Below, one piece after another: positions 41,961 through 51,428 of a stretch of DNA of 64,000 nucleotides. The DNA is from Alistipes sp. (GTDB lineage Bacteria > Bacteroidota > Bacteroidia > Bacteroidales > Rikenellaceae), in NCBI GenBank assembly GCA_017398555.1, contig JAFQFV010000021.1, positions 50,738-114,737 on the forward strand, written 5' to 3'. The stretch's first letter is position 1, and each line of letters opens with the position of its first letter. A program made the translations under genes and the position numbers. Below the pieces are notes generated by a model. It did no database searches. It had not been told where the DNA came from and worked only from the letters and a program-made list of their open reading frames with translations.

Positions 41961-42716
41961 TTACGCAGCCTGCTCAACAGTCACTACGATATTGTTGTTA
42001 CCATTGGTATTCTGATATACTGTGATTGTACCCTTGCGCTCCTCTCCGGTTGTATTTGGTGCTACAGAGATATCAAACTTAGCCTTTGTTACGCCAGAGA
42101 CAACAATCCAATCTACAGGATCACCATTTGCATCGTCATCAACACGTGCACTCCAAGCAACATTTGAGTCAAGTGGAATAGTCTTTACAACAGCCTTACC
42201 TGCATTTACGCCATCCTCATATACGCCTGAAGCGGTAAATGTTTGCTTCTGAAGGAATGGCTGGATGTAGAACTGTGTAATTGGAGCCTTATCCTGCTCA
42301 ATGTTGATAGTCTGGATAATCTGTCCGTGAGAAACGATGTTCACCTTAGCAAAACGGGTATCACCCTGCTTAGAGTTAGCCTGGAAGTTGAGTGTAAAAC
42401 GACCATCGTAGTTACCCTCACTTGGCCAAGACTCAATCCACTTATGCTCAGGGTCATAACACTCAGAGTAGTCAGGAACAATCTGCCACTCATCTGCATT
42501 TGTATACATATCGTATGTTACAGATACTGCATAAGTCTCGCCGATATAACCATCGGTGGTTACAAGCAGACGAGTATCGGTTGTACCTGTACCGCCGAAC
42601 TTGACATATATATCGCCCTCTAAGCCCTCACATACGTAAGGGGCCTCCTCCTTACAGCCAACAAAAGATGCTGCGCAGAGAGCAAGAGCCATCAAATATT
42701 TGAAAGTCTTTTTCAT
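41961..42716 (-). CDS. BACON-domain lipoprotein
   Basis: Lipobox VGC; two BACON-like units (W...N...R...Q). Confidence 0.75.
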   Translation of the reverse strand: MKKTFKYLMALALCAASFVGCKEEAPYVCEGLEGDIYVKFGGTGTTDTRLLVTTDGYIGETYAVSVTYDMYTNADEWQIVPDYSECYDPEHKWIESWPSEGNYDGRFTLNFQANSKQGDTRFAKVNIVSHGQIIQTINIEQDKAPITQFYIQPFLQKQTFTASGVYEDGVNAGKAVVKTIPLDSNVAWSARVDDDANGDPVDWIVVSGVTKAKFDISVAPNTTGEERKGTITVYQNTNGNNNIVVTVEQAA

Positions 42717-42736
42717 ATCAGTCTCTCGTATTAAAA

Positions 42737-44383
42737 TTAACGAATCTCCTTAGCAAGACCTGCCTCGCTCCACCATACAGGAGTGAGCATATTGTCAGCA
42801 CCGTCATAGTAGGTGTTACGCAATGTCTCAACTACTGCCTGATAGTTATCAGGGTTGGTTGTCTTGGTTGTTGTAGGATACTCCAGACGAAGTGGAAGAA
42901 CACCATTGTTCTGAGTACCTGTACCAATTGTGAGTTTAGGATAGCCTGTACGACGGTAGTCGTTCCAAGCCTCGGTCATAACTCGGAAGTTTGCAACATA
43001 CTTCTGGTTCATAATGCACTCCAGACCATTCTTAATATCAAATGGCACTGATGTACTGATAAATGCCTCAATAGATGCATCATCCATAATCGGCTGCAAC
43101 TCAACATGGTTGTAATCATCGTACATTGGCTCAATTGCCGCAAAGTTACGATAGTTACTGTTGATGTTACGACCATTCTGCTGGAAGTAGTTTACATAGA
43201 GATCACGCCAAAACTCGATAGATGCACGAACACCCTTATTATACCACTCGGTAATACGAGCCTCACCACCTGCGATTGCTGCCCAGTGGTCATCATCGTT
43301 ACGCAAGTAAGCCTCTGCAATGATGAAACATACCTCATCGTAGTTCATGAATGATACAGGGAGCTTATAGCTGATAAAGATCTCATAGTTCATAAGTGGG
43401 TAACCTGCGGTTGCAGTATCGTCACCAGGCATACCTGACTGAACACCCATCCAAGCGATAGACTGGCTCCATGGGATGAACCAAATCCACTTACGAGGGT
43501 CATTCTTACCATTGAGCAGAGCGATGAAGAACTCTGCACCACGGTGACCTGCGAGTGTTGACTGCTGGTAGCCACCCCAGGTATTCTGGAATGGAGCCTC
43601 ACCAGAGAACTTAACGATTGCGTTATCCTCCCAAGAGGTCATAATAGGATACTTTGCAGGGTTATCCAAAATCTTCTTAATCCACTGAGCTACAGACTCA
43701 CCGAGAAGAATCTCCATATCTGTAGAGCGGTTAGAAAGACGCATGAGGATACGAAGCTGAAGTGAGTTTGTAAACTTCTGCCACTTCTTTGTATCACCCT
43801 GGAAGAGGCGGTCCTTAGTTGTGTTGCTCAGGTTCATTGAGGTATCATAGAGGCTGTTAGCAAGGTCAAGATCCTTGATAAGCTGAGCGTAGATATCCTT
43901 CGGAGCATCAAACTTAGGCTTGTTAATATTATTATCACGAAGCTGGAAAGCCTCAGAGAAAGGAACATAACCGAAAGTTGCAGTCAACTGATCCATCCAC
44001 AAAGCGCGGAGTGTCAGAGCTACAGCCTGATAGTTCTCGTTCTCAATCTCAACTGCAAGCTGGTACATATGGTCAGCATTCACTGCCCACTTTGCAGGGT
44101 TGTTCCAGCAGTTTGCAACATAAGATGGAGCAATATAGTAACGGTGGATAACATTTGATGTAGAACCTCCTGCACAAGTATACTGCATCAGCTCGGCAAA
44201 TGTATCATAGAAACGCTGCTGATAGTTCAGTGCACCATTACAAATGATCTCTTCCATCATATCGCAAGGCTGCACACGACCAACCTCAATCTGGTTTGGT
44301 GACTGGTTATACTCCTCCAGTGTACGGCACTGACTGAAGGTGAGTAGCACCAAAAGAACCGATAAATATTTCAAAGTTTTCAT
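42737..44383 (-). CDS. susD: SusD/RagB-family lipoprotein
   Basis: Lipobox; FGYVPFSEA, KWQKFTNSLQLR, DPR, EAWNDYRRTGYP, VWW. Confidence 0.92.
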   Translation of the reverse strand: MKTLKYLSVLLVLLTFSQCRTLEEYNQSPNQIEVGRVQPCDMMEEIICNGALNYQQRFYDTFAELMQYTCAGGSTSNVIHRYYIAPSYVANCWNNPAKWAVNADHMYQLAVEIENENYQAVALTLRALWMDQLTATFGYVPFSEAFQLRDNNINKPKFDAPKDIYAQLIKDLDLANSLYDTSMNLSNTTKDRLFQGDTKKWQKFTNSLQLRILMRLSNRSTDMEILLGESVAQWIKKILDNPAKYPIMTSWEDNAIVKFSGEAPFQNTWGGYQQSTLAGHRGAEFFIALLNGKNDPRKWIWFIPWSQSIAWMGVQSGMPGDDTATAGYPLMNYEIFISYKLPVSFMNYDEVCFIIAEAYLRNDDDHWAAIAGGEARITEWYNKGVRASIEFWRDLYVNYFQQNGRNINSNYRNFAAIEPMYDDYNHVELQPIMDDASIEAFISTSVPFDIKNGLECIMNQKYVANFRVMTEAWNDYRRTGYPKLTIGTGTQNNGVLPLRLEYPTTTKTTNPDNYQAVVETLRNTYYDGADNMLTPVWWSEAGLAKEIR

Positions 44384-44404
44384 ATTGTATACCTATATTT
44401 ATTA

Positions 44405-47400
44405 TTAGAAGCCTAATTTGATAGTGAAACCATAGGTACGAGTCATTGGGTAAGCACCTGTCTCAATACCACGGCTGATAGATGCACTGTTGAATGTAGC
44501 AGCCTCAGGGTCATACTGTGGGAAGTTGTCCAATGAGAAGAGGTTTGTTGCAAATACACCTACAGAGAGGCTACGCAGCCAACCAATCTTCTGGAGAGCC
44601 TTCTTACCAAGTGAGTAGTCGAGGTTAACCTGCTTGAGCTTCAAGAATGAAGTATCATAGGTATTTGTCTCTGCATTCTTACGGTTGTAGTAGTAGTCCT
44701 GATAGTAGAGAGCAGCTGACTGAGTGATGGTAGTATTCTTTGTATAAGTACCATCTGCCAGAATATTCACACCCTCCTGTACAAGACCGTCATAACGACC
44801 ATAGAGAGTATCCTTTGTCTTACCTGAAGATGCAAGGATTGCGTGAGTAAGTGAGTAACAGTTACCACCATACTGGTATGTGAAGTTCATACCCAGACGC
44901 AAGTTCTTGTAACGGAATGTAGTGCTGAAACCACCCTTCCAATCAGGATAGATAGAACCAAGGTCGATGAGGTTCTGAGAGTCAAGCTGTGGATAACCGT
45001 TTGAATCAACGATAATCTGACCTGAGCAATCAACGGTCTCGCCTGTAGCCTGATCTACATAGTAAGCACCCTGTGGAGCACGCTGGAAACCATAACCATA
45101 TACACGACCAAGCTCCTTACCTGGGTAAGCGTAGATAAATACGTTGTTACCAGAAGTAAAGCTTGTATTGAGCTGATAGAGCTCTACGCCAGGAGCAAGC
45201 TCAACGAGCATATTCCAGTTACGTGACCAGTTGAAGTTGAAGTCCCAACTAAAGTTACGCTTCTGAATAATCTTAGCGCCGATAGAGAGCTCAACACCGT
45301 GGTTATTAACCTTACCTGCGTTGATGAGCTTGTAGTTAGCACCTGTAATCTGGTCTGTAGGAACAGAGAGAATCTGGTTTGTAGTATTTGAGTCGTAGTA
45401 AGCAATATCCAGAGAGATACGCTTCTTGAACATATGTGTCTCGATACCAACCTCCCAAGACTCTGTATTCTCAGGCTTCAGGAGTGGGTTGTTCAGAGTA
45501 CCCGGAAGCACATAAGAAGAAGAGTAAGATGAGTTAGTATAGTAATCGGTAATCTTATAAGCACCGGTATCGTTACCTACGTTTGCCCATGAACCACGAA
45601 TCTTAAGCATATCGAGCCAGTTTGTATCACGAAGGCCAGGAATTGCCTGATCGATGAGCACTGCGGCCGATACTGATGGGTAGAAGTAAGAGTTATTACC
45701 CTTAGCAAGAGCTGAAGACCAGTCGTTACGAGCTGTGAAATCGAGGAAGTAGGTATCGTTATAGTTGAGCGAAACCATACCGTAGAGAGAGTTAATCATC
45801 TTCTCTGTCAGAGTGTAACCCACCTTTGGACGGTCCACAGAGTTTGAAATCTGGAATACGTTAGGTGTAGAGAGCTTCTCTGCAGTCAGAGTCTGGTTAC
45901 GGTGGTTGTAAATCATGTTGTTACCACCGAAGTTGATACCGAGGTGGAAACGGTTGAACTGCTTCTTGTAAGAGAGCAAGAAGTCGGTATTAACCTCATA
46001 ACGGAAGATGTTCTGTACACGGTACCAACCCTGAGCGTAAGAAGTTGCATACTGTGGCTTACGAGATGTACGGTTGTCGATAAACATATCGATACCTGAA
46101 CGAACCATCAGATCCAAATCCTTTGTAAGGGCGAAATTAACCTGCATATTACCATATACACGGTCACGCACCTGCGTATTAAGGTAGTCGTATGCCAACC
46201 AATAAGGGTTGTTTACGTTGAGTGATGTACCGTTACAGTTAATCAGGTTGTTCAGATAAGCAGAGTCACCACCTGTACGAGAGTCGAGAGCCTCGAAGAT
46301 ACGACCGCTGATATACTCATCATAGAAAGAAGAGATATCTACTGAAGGGTAGTTCCACATCAGCTGATATACAGGAGAAGCGTTGTTATAACCTGTTGTT
46401 GGGAGGTTATCAGACTTCTTACGATAGTAGTTAACCTTAGCCTTAACGGTAACAACCTTATTAATCTTACTGCTAAGTGAGAATGATGCAGTCTCCTGAT
46501 TGTAACCCATGTTTGGAACAATCCACTTATTGCGGGTATCCTGGAATGAAGCACGTACTGAAGTACCCTTACCGTTGTTACCGCTGATTGAGATATTGTT
46601 CTTAAATGTGAAACCTGTGTCGTAGAAGCCCTTGTAGTAGTCCTGAGCCTCGAAAGGAACCAGATCATAGAACTTTGTTGATGCAGGCTCATAAACTGTA
46701 GCACCCGCAGCATCACGATAAGTATCGATGATAATTGAACCAGGCTTATCAGTACGCTCGTTACGGAGGCGATCAAAGTCGAGAGAGTGGTACATGTAAG
46801 TCAAACCTACACCACGCTCATCAGTACCATAACCGAAGTCTGTTCCATACTTAGGACCCCACATGTTACGTGACCAAAGACGGTCAGCGACCTTAGTAGA
46901 ACCCTCATATACGCTCCAGAATGAGAAGTACTCCTGTGGAGAATACTGCTTATTACCATTCAGAGAAGCATAAGTTGTAAGAGAAGCCGAACCGGCACCA
47001 TACTCCTCCTGAAGCTCAGGCCAGTAAGAAGCCTGCTCAGCCACCATTGAGAATGAGTAGCTTACACCGATACCCTTCTGCTTAGAACCAGACTTAGTGG
47101 TGATAATCACCGCACCGTTCTGTGCACGCGAACCGTAAAGTGCAGTCGCTGCAGGACCCTTGAGGACAGATACTGATGCGATATCATCAGGGTTGATATC
47201 ACCCACACCATTACCGTAGTCGATTGGAGCATCATCAGAGTCGTTAGCACCACCTGAAGATGTCTTCTCATTACCGAGAGGCACACCATCGACAACGAAC
47301 AGAGCCTCGTTATTGTCGTGTGACAATGAAGACTCACCACGGAGGGTTACACGCACTGAACCTGCAGGACCTGTTGCCGCAGACTCGAATGACATACCGG

Positions 47401-47902
47401 CAACCTTACCGTTCATACCGTCGAGCCAGTTTCCTGACACTGTTGATGCGATATCATCACCAGACACCTTAGATACGGCGTAACCGAGTGACTTCTCCGC
47501 ACGTGTGATACCCAGAGCGGTAACTACGACCTCATCGATCTTCTGTGTACTCTCCTTCATCACTACGTCGATAGAAGTACGAGCGCCTACAGGCTCCTCG
47601 TGATTCTGATAACCGACATACGAGAACTCAAGAACAGGGCTGTTGATACCAGCCACATCGATTGAGTAGTTACCATCCAGATCTGTGAGCGCTGCACGAG
47701 TTGCAACACCTTTGACCGAAACAGTCACACCGATCATAGGACCTCGCGCATCAGTAACCTTACCAGTTACCATGCTCCCTTTACCCTGTGCATAAGCTTG
47801 AGCAGGGCTAAACAGCGAGCAGCAAATTAACAATGACAACGAAATAACCGTCATCACCGCCTTGCGAACGCTGTTTGAAACAAGAAGTAAATCTCTTTTC
47901 AT
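44405..47902 (-). CDS. susC: SusC/RagA TonB-dependent transporter
   Basis: EVVVTALGI, DINPDDIASVSVLKGPAATALYGSRAQNG, ARNDWSS, LKPE, terminal Phe. Confidence 0.96.
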   Translation of the reverse strand: MKRDLLLVSNSVRKAVMTVISLSLLICCSLFSPAQAYAQGKGSMVTGKVTDARGPMIGVTVSVKGVATRAALTDLDGNYSIDVAGINSPVLEFSYVGYQNHEEPVGARTSIDVVMKESTQKIDEVVVTALGITRAEKSLGYAVSKVSGDDIASTVSGNWLDGMNGKVAGMSFESAATGPAGSVRVTLRGESSLSHDNNEALFVVDGVPLGNEKTSSGGANDSDDAPIDYGNGVGDINPDDIASVSVLKGPAATALYGSRAQNGAVIITTKSGSKQKGIGVSYSFSMVAEQASYWPELQEEYGAGSASLTTYASLNGNKQYSPQEYFSFWSVYEGSTKVADRLWSRNMWGPKYGTDFGYGTDERGVGLTYMYHSLDFDRLRNERTDKPGSIIIDTYRDAAGATVYEPASTKFYDLVPFEAQDYYKGFYDTGFTFKNNISISGNNGKGTSVRASFQDTRNKWIVPNMGYNQETASFSLSSKINKVVTVKAKVNYYRKKSDNLPTTGYNNASPVYQLMWNYPSVDISSFYDEYISGRIFEALDSRTGGDSAYLNNLINCNGTSLNVNNPYWLAYDYLNTQVRDRVYGNMQVNFALTKDLDLMVRSGIDMFIDNRTSRKPQYATSYAQGWYRVQNIFRYEVNTDFLLSYKKQFNRFHLGINFGGNNMIYNHRNQTLTAEKLSTPNVFQISNSVDRPKVGYTLTEKMINSLYGMVSLNYNDTYFLDFTARNDWSSALAKGNNSYFYPSVSAAVLIDQAIPGLRDTNWLDMLKIRGSWANVGNDTGAYKITDYYTNSSYSSSYVLPGTLNNPLLKPENTESWEVGIETHMFKKRISLDIAYYDSNTTNQILSVPTDQITGANYKLINAGKVNNHGVELSIGAKIIQKRNFSWDFNFNWSRNWNMLVELAPGVELYQLNTSFTSGNNVFIYAYPGKELGRVYGYGFQRAPQGAYYVDQATGETVDCSGQIIVDSNGYPQLDSQNLIDLGSIYPDWKGGFSTTFRYKNLRLGMNFTYQYGGNCYSLTHAILASSGKTKDTLYGRYDGLVQEGVNILADGTYTKNTTITQSAALYYQDYYYNRKNAETNTYDTSFLKLKQVNLDYSLGKKALQKIGWLRSLSVGVFATNLFSLDNFPQYDPEAATFNSASISRGIETGAYPMTRTYGFTIKLGF

Positions 47903-48103
47903 AGGTTAGTTATTAAGTTTGTTAAAATTTTGGTTGCATAATCTACACAAAAATAAAAATTTATTTTTAATCTCACAACTATCGCTGCAATATTTTTATG
48001 CATTTTGAGTTCTTTTTAGCTGCGAAAAATATTTTTATCCATTTTCACAATATTTTTTCACCAAAAAGTTCCTACATTTGCCGCAGTAAAAATTTTTGAA
48101 CCT

Positions 48104-48760
48104 ATGAAAAAATTACTGTACATACCCTCTTTCGGCGAGGAGGTAGCAAACACTATTTCACATGGAGTAATGGCTATTCTAATGCTGCTTGCATTGCCTT
48201 TTGCAGCCATCTGGAGCTACACTCACGCAGTGGGAAACAATATCGAATCTGCCGTCGGAGTATCCATCTTCGTAATCTCGATTTTTTTGATGTTTCTCAT
48301 CTCGACACTCTACCACGCAATGGATCCAAGCTCGAAGCATAAGGCGGTCTTTCACATCCTTGACCACATCTTCATTTACGTCGCCATCGCAGGCTCATAT
48401 ACCCCTATAGCTCTGACAGTTATAGGCGAATGGCAAGGTATTTTGATTGTGATTATTCAGTGGGCAATGGTGCTGTTCGGAATATTCTACAAATCGTTAT
48501 CAAAGCGCTCCATTCCGGCCATCAGCCTGACGATATACCTGATTATGGGCTGGACTGTAATCTTCTTCTTTCCGCTCTTCTTGAGAAACTCATCGCTACC
48601 GCTGCTCATACTGATTGCAGCCGGCGGAATTTTCTACACTCTCGGAGCCTGGTTTTACGCAAAGAAGGGGTTTAAGTACCACCATTTAGTGTGGCACTTG
48701 ATGATAAATATCGCCGCAAGTTGCCACTTCGCCGCGATAGTATTCTTCCTCAATATGTAA
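48104..48760 (+). CDS. Hemolysin III / PAQR family membrane protein
   Basis: EEVANTISHG, STLYH, DHIFIY.AIAGSYTP, HLVWH. Confidence 0.9.
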   Translation: MKKLLYIPSFGEEVANTISHGVMAILMLLALPFAAIWSYTHAVGNNIESAVGVSIFVISIFLMFLISTLYHAMDPSSKHKAVFHILDHIFIYVAIAGSYTPIALTVIGEWQGILIVIIQWAMVLFGIFYKSLSKRSIPAISLTIYLIMGWTVIFFFPLFLRNSSLPLLILIAAGGIFYTLGAWFYAKKGFKYHHLVWHLMINIAASCHFAAIVFFLNM

Positions 48761-48772
48761 TTTGGACACAAG

Positions 48773-48815
48773 AAAAAAACAACCCTCGCCAAGTTTTGGC
48801 GAGGGTTGTTTTTTT
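48773..48815. terminator. Bidirectional Rho-independent terminator
   Basis: AAAAAAACAACCCTCGCCAA...TTGGCGAGGGTTGTTTTTTT between convergent genes. Confidence 0.85.
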
Positions 48816-48828
48816 ACATTTTTGACTG

Positions 48829-49221
48829 CTATTTTTCTATCGAATTTCCTCTAACGGTGATATAAGCAACACCTGAATTTGTATGCACTTCTACCACACG
48901 ATGGAAGACACCTTTTTCCATCTTTCCCGCCTCTAAAGTCATCACAATATCAGTAGTCTGACCCACCTTAAGCGGGCGACGTACATATTGCGCCTTAAGG
49001 CAAGAGCAAGAGGTCTTGACGCTAAGGAGTACAAGTGGCTTATCTGTCTTATTTTCAAGAGTAAAGACACAAGTATAGTTCTTATTCTCTCGCAAGACAT
49101 CGCCAAAATCAAACGCCTTTTTATCAAAGACAATACCCGACTTTTCTGCGCTGTTACTCTGCTGTCCAAATGCCGAAACAGAGAGCATAAGGAGCGAAAG
49201 CACTAATAAAATTTTCTTCAT
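48829..49221 (-). CDS. DUF1573-domain protein
   Basis: Signal peptide MKKILLV; FDFGDV...KPLV...VKTSCSCL. Confidence 0.8.
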   Translation of the reverse strand: MKKILLVLSLLMLSVSAFGQQSNSAEKSGIVFDKKAFDFGDVLRENKNYTCVFTLENKTDKPLVLLSVKTSCSCLKAQYVRRPLKVGQTTDIVMTLEAGKMEKGVFHRVVEVHTNSGVAYITVRGNSIEK

Positions 49222-49228
49222 AAATATA

Positions 49229-49939
49229 CTAATTAGTCGCCTTAAGTTTGAATATATATGTAATAGTGCCGCCCTGCATAAATGCAGCACTTTCGGTAAA
49301 TCTTGCACGTTTTGCAGCCGCTATTGCCGCCTCGACCAAAGCCGTATCCGATGTAGTCGAACCCTTCGGCTCATAAGTCGCCGAGGTGACCTTTCCATCC
49401 TTATTTACAGCCACGCGGACAACCACCTTTCCGCCTTTATTTCCACCAGGATATGTAGGCATCGGCAGCTCACCTGCAAGACCACGACCTTGCAGACCCT
49501 CGTCAAGTGCATCTGTACCTATAGGATTGAGTCCGTGTGAATTACCACTCGACTGCTCTTTTTCGCCCTCCTTTGCAAGCGGATTTCCACTCTGCTCCGA
49601 GGTCTCGGTATCGCCATTATTCATCTTGAATAACGCTCGCTGATTAACCGTCTGCGTCTTTGGTTCCTCTCCATTAACCTGCTGCGTGGACTCCTGCTCG
49701 GCCTCATTTGGATGATATGGAGCCACCTCAGGCTTTGGTGATGGGCGCGACTGGGCGACTACAGGCACAGGGTCGGGCTTTGGCTCGACCAACTCTATAA
49801 AGAGCTCCGCCTCTTTCGGCGTGTGCACAACAAAGTCCACAGCGCCATATAGCAACGCAAGTGCTACTGCTGCGCCATAAACAAGCGTCACAAGTATTGC
49901 CCAATATTTTGAGTTCATCATCTTTTGACTATTGGCCAT
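49229..49939 (-). CDS. tonB: TonB-family energy transducer
   Basis: N-terminal TM, Pro-rich linker, GKVVVRVAVNKDGKV...ARF...QGGTITYIF. Confidence 0.8.
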   Translation of the reverse strand: MANSQKMMNSKYWAILVTLVYGAAVALALLYGAVDFVVHTPKEAELFIELVEPKPDPVPVVAQSRPSPKPEVAPYHPNEAEQESTQQVNGEEPKTQTVNQRALFKMNNGDTETSEQSGNPLAKEGEKEQSSGNSHGLNPIGTDALDEGLQGRGLAGELPMPTYPGGNKGGKVVVRVAVNKDGKVTSATYEPKGSTTSDTALVEAAIAAAKRARFTESAAFMQGGTITYIFKLKATN

Positions 49940-49982
49940 TAGCTGTTAGCTATTAGCCTTGGGTCTCTTATTTATTTAACTA

Positions 49983-50318
49983 TTTATCGCCAGAGCGGTT
50001 TACAACGCTCGGCAAAATTGTCCACCCACACCGTTTTATCGTCAGAGTGGTGCAGTTGCAACGCTATCACGATAAAATTGCTTTTAAGGCGGAGTTTACA
50101 ACGCTCGGCATATTATCCACCCCGTTTTATCGTCAGAACGCGTTATCACGATAAAATTGCTTTTAAGGCGGAGTTTACAAATTGTCCACCCCGTTTTATC
50201 GTCAGAACGCGGTAGATACAACGCTCGCCGATATTATCAGCGATGGGACATACTTGATGTATTTCCCATTGCTGAGAATGAGGTAGCGGCAGTAGGTATC
50301 CGCGTTATCACGATAAAA
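49983..50318 (+). repeat. Array of family A derivatives: short (50034-50077), minimal (50125-50156) and full-length A6 (50194-50318)
   Basis: Each begins TTTTATCGTCAGA and ends TATCACGATAAAA; 37-bp direct repeat at 50065-50101 and 50144-50180; A6 abuts the exbD stop. Confidence 0.85.
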
Positions 50319-50720
50319 CTACGGTTGGGTGGCGAGGATCAAACGATAATCATTATCCTTCGCAACATTCATCACCTTCACCACCTCATCTACGGCAACG
50401 GTTTTATCGCAGTGGAGAGAGATGGTTGGGGACTCTTGTCCGGCAAGGCGCTCCTTCAGAGCCGCCTCAACGCCCTCAATACCCTGCACGCGGTCAAGCT
50501 CTACGTAGTAGTGATAACCGGCGGATACTTTTTGTATTGACACGGTAGTTATCGCCTTATCCTTCAGCTGGTTACTACTCTTTGGCAGCATCAGCTTCAG
50601 CGCATTGGGATTGATTAACGTTGTTGCGATAAGCATAAATATAAGCAACAAGAACATCAAGTCCGTCATCGCCGATGCGGAGTAAGACTTATCTACCTTT
50701 GAACCTCTTTTAATTGCCAT
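50319..50720 (-). CDS. exbD: Biopolymer transporter ExbD
   Basis: AMTDLMFLLLIFML; VVKVMNVAK. Confidence 0.9.
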   Translation of the reverse strand: MAIKRGSKVDKSYSASAMTDLMFLLLIFMLIATTLINPNALKLMLPKSSNQLKDKAITTVSIQKVSAGYHYYVELDRVQGIEGVEAALKERLAGQESPTISLHCDKTVAVDEVVKVMNVAKDNDYRLILATQP

Positions 50721-50722
50721 AA

Positions 50723-51406
50723 TTACTTCTGTGCAGGTTGGTTAAGAATATCCATAAAGGCGATAGAGTTTGCCTCCATACGGAAGACGAGCTTCTCAAT
50801 AGCAGCCACGAGGTAGTTATAGCCGAAGTATGCAGGGATACCGACCAAAAGACCGCCCACGGTAGTTACCATAGCCACATACATACCGCCTGAAAGCAGC
50901 GCCATATCCACGGTACCACCGGCAGCAGACATATCCATAAAGGTCTGCACCATACCCATAACGGTACCCAAGAAACCAATCATCGGAGCTCCTCCGGCGA
51001 TAGTTGCCAAGAATGGAAGACCATTTTCCAGGCGCGAAACCTCAAGATTTGCCACATTCTCGATAGCGCTCTGGACATCAGCCATAGGGCGACCCAGACG
51101 CTCGATACCCTTCTCCACCATACGAGCAATAGGGGTATCGCTGCGGCGGCACATATCAATCGCTGCGCGGATATTGCCATCAGAGATAGCATCACGAATA
51201 CGGTTCATAAAGCCCATATTCATACCCTTCGATGCCTTGCGGATAGCCACAAAACGCTCTACGAAGATGAAGATAGTTACGCCACCGAGTGCCAAGAGCA
51301 CCCACATAAGCCAGCCACCACTGTTAAAGAGCTCCCAAAGGCTCATCTGTCCTGCCTCGGTGACCTGCTCGACCACCTCAGCTGTCTGTAAAAGAGTGAA
51401 ATTCAT
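50723..51406 (-). CDS. exbB: MotA/TolQ/ExbB proton channel protein
   Basis: APMIGFLGTVMGM; AMVTTVGGL.VGIPA. Confidence 0.92.
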   Translation of the reverse strand: MNFTLLQTAEVVEQVTEAGQMSLWELFNSGGWLMWVLLALGGVTIFIFVERFVAIRKASKGMNMGFMNRIRDAISDGNIRAAIDMCRRSDTPIARMVEKGIERLGRPMADVQSAIENVANLEVSRLENGLPFLATIAGGAPMIGFLGTVMGMVQTFMDMSAAGGTVDMALLSGGMYVAMVTTVGGLLVGIPAYFGYNYLVAAIEKLVFRMEANSIAFMDILNQPAQK

Positions 51407-51428
51407 AGTTTTTTTGTATTTATTTAAG

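Noticed and set aside
48104-48760. Secreted hemolysin toxin
   Set aside because: Hemolysin III/PAQR proteins are widespread integral membrane proteins; nothing here supports a toxin role
49983-50318. CRISPR array (37-bp direct repeat)
   Set aside because: Only two exact repeats, the intervening sequences are related to each other, and there are no cas genes
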